Below are positions 10,911 through 24,200 of a DNA stretch of 64,000 nucleotides, in pieces. This DNA is from Eledone cirrhosa (lineage: Eukaryota), in contig OZ024744.1 in the NCBI GenBank assembly GCA_964016885.1, forward strand, positions 28,706,001 through 28,770,000. Reading direction: 5' to 3'. The notes beneath the pieces were generated by a model. That model made no database searches. It worked only from the letters and a program-made list of their open reading frames with translations, and was not told where the DNA came from. Positions within the stretch are counted from its first letter, which is position 1. Every line of letters starts with the position of its first letter. A program made the position numbers and the translations under genes.

Positions 10911-11420
10911 TGATAGCTACCCCCTCGTTATCGAGTATGGCCATTGCACGATATACCATTATTAATAATTATTAATTAATTCTATAGTGCAATGCCTGTG
11001 CGTGAAGATACTTTTTAGAGTGAAGAAAAACTGTGCACTGAGCCAATCCCACTCTCTGAGCGACAGTAGCTATAACCCGAAAAGAAGAAAAGATCAACAT
11101 CATCGGTAACTACTGAGCCCCAGGTTTTATATCGGAGTTATCCCAGTTTCATGAGTTGCCTCCTCCTAGAAGAATGCCCTGACAAAGGCTAGGGGTCCGT
11201 CACTCCCAGTGGTTTAACCGCGCGGTACATGTGTAAACACATATTTACACACTTTCTGATGGCCGTTGACCCTTTTGAGTTCTTCCACCCTTTGTCAGGT
11301 TTTGTTTTTTGTCCTGCAGGGTTTTCAAAATCACCCTCCTCACCAGGTAAACTTCGTGGGGTTGCCGGTTTAGTCGCCGACGACCCGAATGTTACCAGCA
11401 GCAATCAAGAGTGTCCCGAC
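10911..11420 (-). mobile_element. Non-autonomous bipartite RTE-derived element (~510 bp; 5' UTR-like part + 3' stem-loop + ATGT tail)
   Basis: Collinear homology with 63379-63972 (gacaaaggcta, tcaccctcctcacca, ggggttgcc.gtttagtcgcc); 3' hairpin CTCG-ATAA-CGAG followed by (ATGT)n on the minus strand. Confidence 0.7.
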
Positions 11421-11437
11421 ATACATACATATATACA

Positions 11438-11730
11438 TACAAGTATAATCCATTAATGGAACAGTAAAAATATGTAAAATATTCCAAAAATGTTGCATCT
11501 AATAACTGCATATACACATGTACAGATACAAAGCATATACACATGCACACATACAACTCAAAACATCCACATCCACACATACAATAACATCCATATCTAT
11601 ACATGCATACATACATACATATCTACCTTGTTGATGTTGTGTAAATTCAAATGAGAGAGTCTTGTGTCTATGTTAGAAACCGACTCTCTCTCTATTGGTA
11701 AACATTTGTGAAATTATAAAACCAGAAGAA
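11438..11730 (+). mobile_element. R4/Dong 3'-terminal fragment (~290 bp)
   Basis: Matches 63070-63360; ends accagaagaa|catacata. Confidence 0.88.
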
Positions 11731-11740
11731 CATACATACA

Positions 11741-12247
11741 TAGAAGTTAGCTGCCCAGCAGATGCCAATATAATATTAAAGATAGCGAAAAGGAGAATAT
11801 CTATGCAGATACTAATGAGAAATCTGCAGATACTTCACCCTGATTACATCTGTGATTATTGGGGCACTGGGATATGTTAGTAACTGCCTCAATACAAATC
11901 TTGAGAAGCTGGGCTTCACAGAAACAGAAAGAACACAACTAGTTAGGAATTACAAGTACAATCATTTTATGGAACAGTAAAAATATGTAAAACATTCCAA
12001 AAATTCTGCATCTAATAACTCCATGTACACTTCTACAGATACAAAGCATATGCACATGCACACATACAACACAAAACATCCACATCCACACATACAATAA
12101 CATCCATACCTACACACACATGCATGCAGACATACATACATATCTACCTAGTTGATGTGTAAATTCCAATGAGAGAGTCTTGTGTCTATGTTAGAAACCG
12201 ACTCTCTCTCTATTGGTAAACATTTGTGAAATTATAAAACCGAAGAA
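11741..12247 (+). mobile_element. R4/Dong 3'-terminal fragment (~500 bp), in tandem with the previous one
   Basis: Starts in the RLE region (EVSCPADANI), matches 62860-63360 with an internal deletion; flanked by TACA repeats. Confidence 0.88.
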
Positions 12248-12450
12248 TGTACATACATACATATTTTATACATACATACTTTATACATACATATATACAT
12301 ATATACATACAAACTTATATACATATATACATACATATATATATATACCCCCCACACACACGTACATACATATATACATACATACATAATACACACATAC
12401 ATATATACATACATCCACACATACATACATCATACATTCCCATACACATA
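12248..12450. repeat. Degenerate (TACA)n/(TA)n microsatellite
   Basis: Directly visible. Confidence 0.85.
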
Positions 12451-12528
12451 AATATGGTGCCGTTAACAAAAGTCAAATAGCTCCAGCGACTCTTTTAAAA
12501 TCTTCAATATAGTTGTTTGTTTTTGCGT

Positions 12529-12720
12529 TGACCTAGTGGTTAGAGCATTGGGCTTGCAATCGGGCGGTCGTGAGTTCCATTCTCGGATCGGGTGATGCGT
12601 AGTGTCCTTAAGCAATACACTTTATTTCACGTTGCTCCTATTTACTCAGCTGTAGAAATGAGTTGTGACTTCACTGGTACAAAGTTGTACCAGCCATTGC
12701 CTTTCCCTTGGACAACATTG
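12529..12720 (+). mobile_element. tRNA-derived SINE of a second family (CORE-like body)
   Basis: A-box-like tagtggttagagc, B-box-like gagttccattctc, then gtgtccttaagcaatacactttatttcac; a related 3' piece recurs at 12970-13070. Confidence 0.7.
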
Positions 12721-12781
12721 TATATAGTATATATATATATATATATATATATAGTGTGTATATATATATATAGTGTATATT

Positions 12782-12968
12782 AATTGTTTCTACTTTTGGC
12801 ACAAGACCAGCAATTATCCCAGTGTATTACTGGTACTTTATTTTATCGACCCTGTAAGAATGAAAGGCAAAGTTAACCTCGGTGGGATTTGAATTCAGAC
12901 CATAAAGGGCCGTATCCCTTTGCTGCAAAACATGGCGTCAGACCCTTTACCGATACTACCAATCCACC
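12782..12968 (-). mobile_element. tRNA-derived SINE (Meta-domain-like core gcctttcatcc..gtcgataaaat..agtaccag)
   Basis: Reverse complement aligns along its length with 13421-13606. Confidence 0.85.
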
Positions 12969-13144
12969 GGTTGAGATGTCACTGGTGCCAAGCTGTATCA
13001 GCCATAATTGTGCTTCGGACGGAAACTTTCTAGGTTCAAATCCCATGGTCATTCGTGACCGGGTCTTTACACGTTTATAGATGTAATAGAACCTGGGAGG
13101 ACAATGGTACACCCTGATATTAACAATGGAACAGACACCTACAG

Positions 13145-13750
13145 CAGAGATTCTGAAAGTGGGCACTACCGCCCCTGGAGGCATTGAGGAGGTCCAGGTG
13201 GCGCTGGAGCCAAAGGGGGCAGTGGGAGTGGTGGATATGATATCATAGTTTATTATATATCAGATGATACATATATATAAATGTATAAGAGATAGAAAAA
13301 AAATATACAATATTTATTTATACATAGTATATATTATATTATATATTATTTTGTCTCTCCTTTTTTCTGTCCTACACCATCTTGTGTGTGTATGTTATAT
13401 TATTTATTATATATCATTAAGGGCGTGGATTGGCAGTATCAGTAGAGGGTCGGACGCCATGCTTTCCAGCATAGTTACGTCCCTGCACGATCTGAGTTCA
13501 AATCCCGCCGAGGTTGACTTTGCCTTTCATCCTTACGGGATCGATAAAACAAAGTACCAGTAATGCACTGGGTAATTGCTGGCCTTGTGCCTAAAGTAGA
13601 AACAATTATTTATTATATATCAATTAACAATTTTATTTATATATTATTTACAATTTGCATGTAGACAAGTCTGTCTGTAAATAGTGAGGGAGCTGAGGGT
13701 ATTACGTGGCTATGAGGAAGGCGATGGACAAAAGTCTTTCAGAACATCTG
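13145..13750. mobile_element. hAT-type MITE with 15-bp imperfect TIRs and 8-bp TSD, carrying a nested SINE
   Basis: TIRs cagagattctgaaag / ctttcagaacatctg (13/15 match); TSD ACCTACAG (13137-13144) / ACCTACTG (13751-13758). Confidence 0.82.
13421..13606 (+). mobile_element. tRNA-derived SINE with ~20-bp TSD
   Basis: tggcagtatcagtag (A-box-like), gagttcaaatcc (B box), gcctttcatcc core; TSD tatttattatatatca(a)ttaa at 13401-13420 and 13607-13627. Confidence 0.88.
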
Positions 13751-14186
13751 ACCTACTGTATATTATATATACTATCAAATCAGTATTTATCGGATACAAC
13801 GTAAGTATGCCAATCCCTTCACTCGCTCCTTTCATACAAATAAACTAATAAATATACAAAGGTGCAGAAATCCTTATTACTGGCTCTATTGAGTGTTTAG
13901 AGAATTCCTAGAAAGAAATTCACCCAATCTTTAAACAACCACCATCCAACTAAATAACCATTACAACCATCTTTCGTTTGCAAAACAGAAAAAAAAAAAA
14001 AAAAAAAATAATAAATATTTGTTTTCAAATGGCTGTCATAGATAACGATTGTTATTCGAGCTCGTGTAATGTCAGTCGAATGTTTTAAGACACCCAAAAC
14101 GACCCGAAGACCGTCGGAATATAGAGCGTTGGAAATATAAACAAACCAACGATATCATCGCCACAATCACCACCACTCTCATCACT

Positions 14187-14190
<4 letters not shown>

Positions 14191-14280
<90 letters not shown>

Positions 14281-14321
14281 AAAATATATATATATATATA
14301 TATAAATATATATATATATAT
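14191..14321. repeat. (AT)n microsatellite
   Basis: Directly visible. Confidence 0.97.
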
Positions 14322-14662
14322 GTAGATAAATCTACCAAGAGTTTACGGTAGTGTCCAATCCGTATGAAGAACTCAATGTAATCCGGATATCATGGAAAGA
14401 AGAGATGCAATGAAAAATCACTTTCGGTGAAAGATAAACGGAATACAGAGTCAAGATAAAATATTAAAAAAATAATGAATAAAACAATGAAACAGTTCCT
14501 TATATTAAACAAAAAAAGTTCATTATTTAACGATCGTTTCTAGGATATATATGTGTTAGAATTGGCATGCATATTCAACAGATCTATGTACAAAATTATA
14601 CAAAATTATACAAACTATCAAAATTAAATATACATACCAACACATATATATGCCGTCTTCAG

Positions 14663-14698
<36 letters not shown>

Positions 14699-14770
14699 GT
14701 AATCTTTTCCGAATCAGTTTTATGTATATATATATATATATATGCCTAAAACTGATTCGGACAAGATTAC
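14699..14770. repeat. 24-bp inverted repeat around a (TA)n spacer
   Basis: gtaatcttttccgaatcagtttta ... taaaactgattcggacaagattac (23/24 complementary). Confidence 0.9.
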
Positions 14771-15266
14771 TGTAGAAAATATACAGTTTAAAAACAATTT
14801 AAAAAGCGCTGTTTTGTGGAGTATTTCTAGAAATTATCTTTAGACAACAAGCCGGTTTTGTTTTGCTTTGTTTTGTTTTGGTTTGGCTTTTTTTCTTTTT
14901 GTTTTGTTTTTTAAGAGAGTAAGATAAAAATGAAACACTCTCGTGATAAAAGTTATCGACGATATTGCTGGAGACTATGTGAAAACATGTGATAGCAAAT
15001 TTTTGCACAACCAATGCATGTTTGTAAACAGCTGCTATTACACTTGAAACATCTAGGAGATACATGCTGTCAACGTATTAAATGTTGGGAACAAAACTTG
15101 AGTGAAAGAAGTACAAATTATATTGTAGAATAGGACTTTTAGATATCCTTAAATTTTTATGGAAAAATATATTTATTGAAGCGTAACCGTCAACATAATA
15201 TTAGAAAGAGAAAGAGAAAAAAAGAAGGAAAAGGAAAGGGAAAAAAGAAAGAGAAAAAGAAGAAAA

Positions 15267-18200
15267 AACACAGAAGCAGGTAATACACACAGATAGGATC
15301 ACATACAACACACAAGCATATAATACACACAACTAGGACCACATACAACACACAAGCAGGTAATACACACATTTAGGACACATGCAATAGACAAGCAGTA
15401 AATACACACACATCTAGGAACACATACAACAAACAAGCAGGTAACACATACATCTAGGACCACATACAACACACAAGCAGGTAATACACACATTTAGAGC
15501 ACATGCAATACACAAGCAGTACATACACACACATCTAGGAACACATATAACAAACAAGCAGGTAACACATACATCTAGGACCACATACAAGACACAAGAA
15601 GGTAATACATATAGCAAGGATTCATATAATACACAAGTAGGTAATACACACATATAGGACTACATACAACACATAACAAGGCAATACATACATCTAGGAC
15701 CCCATAAAACACACTAGCAGGAAATACACACATCTAGGACCACATAAAATATAGAAGCAGGTAATACACACGTCTAGGAACACATACAACACACACAAGC
15801 AAGTAATACGCACATCTAGGACCACATACAATACACAAGCAGGTAATACGCATATCTACGACAATATACAATACACAAGCATGTAATACACACACCTAGG
15901 ACCACATACAACACATAAGCAGGTAATACATACATCTTGGACCACATACAACACACTAGCAGATAATACACACATCTAGAAACAAATACAATACACAAGC
16001 AGGTAATACACATATCTTGGACCACATACAATACACAAACAGGTAATACACACATCTAGGACCACATACAACACATAAGCAGGCAATATATACATCTAGG
16101 ACCACATACAGCACACCAGCAGATAATACACACATCTAGGACCACATACAACACACAAACAGGAAATAAACACATCTAGGACCACATACAACACACAAGC
16201 GGGTAAAACATACATCTATGACTACATACAATACACAAGCAGGTAATACACACATCTAGGACCACATACAACACACAAGCAGATAATACACACATCTAGG
16301 ACCACATACAGCACAGAAGGAGGTAAAACACACATCTAGTAAAATATACAACACACAAGCCGGTAATACACACATCTAGGACCACATACAGCACAGATGC
16401 AGGTAAAACATACATCTAAGACAACATACAATACACATTCAGGTAATACACACATTTAGGACAACATTCAACACACTAGCTTGGTAATACATCCATCTAG
16501 GACCACATAGAACACAGAAACAGGTAATACACACATCTAGGACCACTTACAGAACATAAGCTGGTAATACACACATATAGGACCACATACAACACACAAG
16601 CAGGTAATGCACACATCTAGGACCACATACAACACAAAAGTAGATAATAATACATATAGGACACGTACAACACACAAGTAGATAATACATACATCTAGGT
16701 CCTCATACAACACACAAGAAGGTAATACATACATCTAGGACCACATACAACACACGAGCAGGTAATACACACAGTTAGGACGACATACAATACACGGGCA
16801 GGTAATACACACATCTAGGCACACATACAACACACAAGCAGGTAATACACACATCTAGGACCACATACAACACACAAGTAGATAATACATACATCTAGGA
16901 CCACACACAACACACAGGCAGATAATATATATATCTAGGACATTACATACAAAACATAAGCTGGTAATACACACATATAGGCCCACATACAACACACAAG
17001 CAGGTAATAAATACATCTAGGACCATATACAATACAAAACCAGGTAATACACACATCTAGGACCACATACAAAAGAGAAGCAGGTAATACACACATCTAG
17101 CATCTCATACAATACACAAACAGGTAATACATCAATCCAGGACCACATACAACACACAAGCAGGTAATACTTACATCTAAGACCACATACAGCACACAAG
17201 CAGCTAAAACAGACATCTGGGTTCACATACAATGCACAAAGAGATAATACATACATCTAGGAACACATACAACACACAAGCAAATAATGCATACATCAAG
17301 GACCACATACAGCACACAAGTAGATAATACATACATCTAGGACAACATACAACACACAAGCAGGTAACACATACATCTAAGACCATATTCAGCACACAAG
17401 CTGGTAATACACACATCTAGGACCACATACAACACACAAGCAAGGAATACACACATCTAGAACCACATGCAACACACAAGCAGGTAATACACACATCTTG
17501 GACAGCATACAACACACAAGCAGTTAATACATACATCTAGGACCATATACATCACACAAGCAGGTAATAAACACATCTAGGGCCATATACAACACACAAG
17601 CAGGTAATACACACATCTAGGACCACATACAACACACGAGCAGGTAATAAACACATCTAGGACCACATACAACACACGAGCAGGTAATAAACACATCTAG
17701 GACCACATACAATACGTAAGCAGGTAATACACACATCTAGGACCACATACAACACACAAGCAGGTAATAAACACATCTAGGACCACATACAACACACAAG
17801 CAGGTAATATATACATCTAGGACCACATACAACACACATGCAGGTAATACACACATCTACGACCACATACAACACACAAGCAGGTAATACATACATCTAG
17901 GACTACATACAACACACAAGCAGGTAATACATACATCTAGGACCACATACAATACACAAGCAGGTAATCCACACATCTAGGACCACGTACAATACACAAG
18001 CAGGTAATACACACATCTAGGACCACATACAACACAAAGCAGGTAATACACACATCTAGGACCACATATAACACACAAGCATGTAAAACATACTTCTAAG
18101 ACTACATACAAAACACAAGCAGATAATACATACAACTAAGACCACATAAACTACAGATGCAGGTAATACACACATCTAGGACCACATACTACACAAGCAG

Positions 18201-21200
18201 GTAATACATGAATCTAGGACCACATACGCCACACATGCAGGTAAAACACACATCTATGACAAAACACAACGCACAAGCTGGTAATACACCCATCTAGGAA
18301 ACTATACAACACACAAGCCGGTAATACACACATCTAGGACCACATACAACACACAAGCAGGTAATACACACATCTAGGACCACATACAGCACAGATGCAG
18401 GTAAAACATACATCTAGGACAACATACAATACAAAAGCAGGTAATACACACATCTAGGACCATATTCAACACACTAGCTGGTAATACATCCATCTAGGAC
18501 CACATAGAACACAAAAACAGGTAATACACACATCTAGGACCACTTACAATACACAATCAGGTAATACACACACACATCTAAGACCACATACAATACACAA
18601 GCAGGTAATACAGACATCTAGGACAACATACAATACACAAGTAGATAATACATACATCTAGGACCACACACAACGCACAAGCAGGTAATGCATATATCTA
18701 GGACCACATACAACACACAAGCAGGTAATACACACATGTAAGACCACATACAACACAGAAGCAGGTAAAACATACATCTCAGACTACATACAATACACAA
18801 GAAGGATATACATAGATCTAGGACCACATGCAACACACTAGCTGGTAATACATCCATCAGGGACCACATAGAAGACACACAAAGGTAATACATACATCTA
18901 CGACCAAATACAATACACACTCAGGTAATACACAGTCGCCAAGTAACACATATAACAAACAAGCAGGTAACACATACATCTGAGACAACATACAACACAC
19001 AAGCCGGTAATTCTCACATCTACGACCACATGCAATTCCCAAGCAGGTAATACACACATCTAGGATCACATACATCACAAAAGTAGATAATACATACATC
19101 TAAAACTACATACAGCACACAAGCAGGTAATACACACATCTAGGACCACATAAAACACACAAGCAGGTAATACATACATCTAGGACGTCATACAACACAC
19201 ACGTAGATAATACATACATCTAGGACTACATACAACACATAAGCTGGTAATACACACCTCTAGGACCAGCTACAACACACAAGCAGGTAATACTTACATC
19301 TAGGACCATATACAATACACAATCAGGTAATACACACATCTAGGACCACGTACAATTCACAAGTAGGTAATACACACATCTAGGACCACATACAACACAC
19401 AAGCAGGTAATACACACATCTAGGACCACATAAAACACACAAACAGGTAATACACACATCTAGGACCACATATAACACACAAGCAGGTAAAACTTACTTT
19501 TAAGACTACATACAAAACACAGGCAGATAATATTACAACTAAGATCACATACACCACAGATGCAGGTAATACACACATTTAGGACCACATACTACACAAA
19601 CAGTTAATACACAAATCTAGGACCACATACCATAGACAAGCAGGCAATATATACATCTAGGATGTCATAAAGCACACCAGCAGTTAATACACACATCTAG
19701 GACCACATGCAACACACAAGTAGGTAAAACACACATCTAGGACAAAACACAACACACAAGCAGGTAATACACCCATCTAGGAAACTATACAACACACAAC
19801 CGGTAATACACACATCTAGGACCACATACAACACTCAATCAGGTAATACACACATCTAGGACCACATACAGCACAGATGCAGGTAAAACATACATCTAAG
19901 ACAACATACAATACACAAGCAGGTAATATACACATCTAGGAACACATTCAACATACTAGCTGGTAATACATCCATCTAGGACCATATAGAACACACAAAC
20001 AGGTAATACACACATCTAGGACCACTTACAATACACAATCAGGTAATACACACACATCTAAGACCACATACAATACACAAGCAGGTAATACAGACATCTA
20101 GGGCCACATACAACACACAAGTAGATAATACATACATCTAGGACCACACACAACGCACAAGCAGGTAATACATACATCTAGGACCACATACAACACATAA
20201 GCTGGTAATACACACATCTAGGACCATATACAACACACAAGCAGGTAATACACACATGTAGGACCACATACAACACAGAAGCAGGTAAAACATACATCTC
20301 AGGCTACATACAATACACAAGCAGGATATACATAGATCTAGGACCACATGCAACACACTAGCTGGTAATACATCCATCTGGGACCACATAGAAGACACAC
20401 ACAGGTAATACACACATCTACGACCAAATACAATACACACTCAGGTAATACACAGTCGCCAAGGAACACATATAACAAACAAGCAGGTAACACATACATC
20501 TGAGACAACATACAACACACAAGCCGGTAATTCTCACATCTACGACCACATGCAATTCACAAGCAGTTAGTACACACATCTAGGACCACGTACAACACAA
20601 AAGTAGATAATACATACATCTAAAACGACATACAGCACACAAGCAGGTAATACACACATCTAGGACCACATAAAACACACAAGCAGGTAATAAATACATC
20701 TAGGACGTCATACAACACACACGTAGATAATACATACATCTAGGACTACATACAACACATAAGCTGGTAATACATACCTCTAGGACCAGCTACAACAGAC
20801 AAGCAGGTAATACGTACATCTAGGACCATATGCAATACACAATCAGGTAATACACACATCTAGGAACACATACAACACACAAGCAGGTAATACACACATC
20901 TAGGATCACATCCAATACACAAACAGGTAATGCATACATCTAGGACCACATACACCACACAAGCAGGTAATACACACATCTAGGACCACATACAACACAC
21001 AAGCAGATAATACAGACATCTAGGACCACATACAACACACAAGTAGATAATACATACATCTAGGACCACACATAACGCACAAGCAGGTAATACATACATC
21101 TAGGACCACATACAACACATAAGCTGGTAATACACACATCTAGGACCACATACAAAAGATAAGCAGGTAATACACACATCTAGCATCACATACAATACAC

Positions 21201-24200
21201 AAACAGGTAATACATCAATCCAGGACCACATACAACACACAAGCAGGTAATACTTACATCTAAGACCACATACAGCACACAAGCAGATAAAACAGACATC
21301 TAGGTTCACATACAATGCACAAAGAGATAATACATACATCTAGGAACACATACAACACACAAGCAAATAATGCATACATCAAGGACTACATACAGCACAC
21401 AAGTAGATAATACATACATCTAGGACAACATACAACACACAAGCAGGTAATACATACATCTAGGACCATATAAATCACACAAGCTGGTAATACACACATC
21501 TAGGACCTCATACAACACACAAGAAGGGAATACACACATCTAGAACCACATACAACAGACAAGCAGGTAATACACACATCTTGGACAACATACAACACAC
21601 AAGTTGATAATACAAACACCTAGGACCACATACAATACACAAGCAGGTAATACACACATCTACGACAAGATAAAACACACAAGCAGGTAATAAACACATC
21701 TAGGACCACATACAATACGTAAGCAGGTAATACACACATCTAGGACCACATATAACACACAAGCAGGTAAAACTTACTTTTAAGACTACATACAAAACAC
21801 AAGCAGATAATACATACAACTAAGATCACAGAAACTACAGATGCAGGTAATACACACATCTAGGACCAATACAACACAAGCAGGTAATACACAAATCTAG
21901 GACCACATACGCCACACAAGCAGGTAATACATACATCTAGGACTACATACAACACACAAGCAGGTAATACATACTTCTAAGACTACATACAAAACACAAG
22001 CAGATAATACATACAACTAAGACCACATAAACTACAGATGCAGGTAATACACACATCTAGGACCACATACTACACAAGCAGGTAATACACAAATCTAGGA
22101 CCACATACGCCACACAAGCAGGTATAACACACATCTATGACAAAACACAACGCACAAGCTGGTAATACAACCATCTAGGAAACTATACAACACACAAGCC
22201 GGCAATACACACATCTAGGACCACATACAACACACAAGCAGGTAATACACACATCTAGGACCAGATACAGCACAGATGCAGGTAAAACATACATCTAGGA
22301 CAACATACAATACACAAACAGGTAATACACACATCTAGGACCATATTCAACACACTAGCTGGTAATACATCCATCTAGGACCACATAGAACACACAAACA
22401 GGTAATACACACATCTAGGACCACTTACAATACACAATCAGGTAATACACACACATCTAAGACCACATACAATACACAAGCAGGTAATACAGACATCTAG
22501 GACCACATACAACACACAAGTAGATAATACATACATCTAGGACCACACACAACGCACAAGCAGGTAATGCATACATCTAGGACCACATACAACACATAAG
22601 CTTGTAATACACATATCTAGGACCACATACAACACACAAGCAGGTAATACACACATCTAGGACCACATCCAACACACAAGCAGGTAATACACACATGTAA
22701 GACCACATACAACACAGAAGCACGTAAAACATACATCTCTGACTACATACAATACATAAGCAGGATATACATAGATCTAGGACAACATGCAACACACTAG
22801 CTGGTAATACATCCATCAGGGACCACATAGAAGACACACAAAGGTAATACATACATCTACGACCAAATACAATACACACTCAGGTAATACACAGTCGCCA
22901 AGGAACACATATAACAAACAAGCAGGTAACACATACATCTGAGACAACATACAACACACAAGCGGGTAATTCTCACATCTACGACCACATGCAATTCACA
23001 AGCAGTTAGTATACACATCTAGGACCACGTACAACACAAAAGTAGATAATAGATACATCTAAAACGACATACAGCACACAAGCAGGTAATACACACATCT
23101 AGGACCACATACAACACACAAGCAGGTAATAAACACATCTAGGACCACATACAACACACAAGCAGGTAATATATACATCTAGGACCACATACAACACACA
23201 TGCAGATAATACACACATCTACGACAACATACAACACACAAGCAGGTAATACATACATCTAGGACTACATACAACACACAAGTAGGTAATACATACATCT
23301 AGGACCACATACAATACACAAGCAGGTAATCCACACATCTAGGACCACGTTCAATACACAAGCAGGCAATACACACATCTAGGATCACATACAACACACA
23401 AGCAGGTAATACACACATCTAGAACAACAGATAACACACAAGCAGGTAAAACATACTTCTAAGACTACATACAAAACACAAGCAGATAATACATACATCT
23501 AGGTCCACATACAACACACAAGAAGGTAATACATACATCTAGGACCACATACAACACACAAGCAGGTAATACATACATTTAGGACGACATACAATACACG
23601 GGCAGGTAATACACACATCTAGGCACACATACAACACACAAGCAGGTAATACACACATCTAGGACCACACACAAGACACAGGCAGATAATATATATATCT
23701 AGGACATTACATACAAAACATAAGCTGGTAATACACACATATAGGCCCACATACAACACACAAGCAGGTAATAAATACATCTAGGACCATATACAATACA
23801 AAACCAGGTAATACACACATCTAGGACCACATACAAAAGACAAGCAGGTAATACACACATCTAGCATCTCATACAATACACAAACAGGTAATACATCAAT
23901 CCAGGACCACATACAACACACAAGCAGGTAATACTTACATCTAAAACCACATACAGCACACAAGCAGCTAAAACAGACATCTAGGTTCACATACAATGCA
24001 CAAAGAGATAATACATACATCTAGGAACACAAAAGCAAATAATGCATACATCAAGGACCACATACAGCACACAAGTAGATAATACATACATCTAGGACAA
24101 CATACAACACACAAGCAGGTAATACATACATCTAGGACCATATAAATCACACAAGCTGGTAATACACACATCTATGACCACATACAACACACAATCAGGA

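Noticed and set aside
12529-12600. tRNA genes at SINE heads (also 13421, 59207, 59440)
   Set aside because: Only A/B-box similarity, no cloverleaf, and each continues into a SINE body.
14855-15100. Possible exon after a long T-rich tract ending in TAAG
   Set aside because: Stops appear soon after in the frames I read, with no recognisable protein and no clear donor site.
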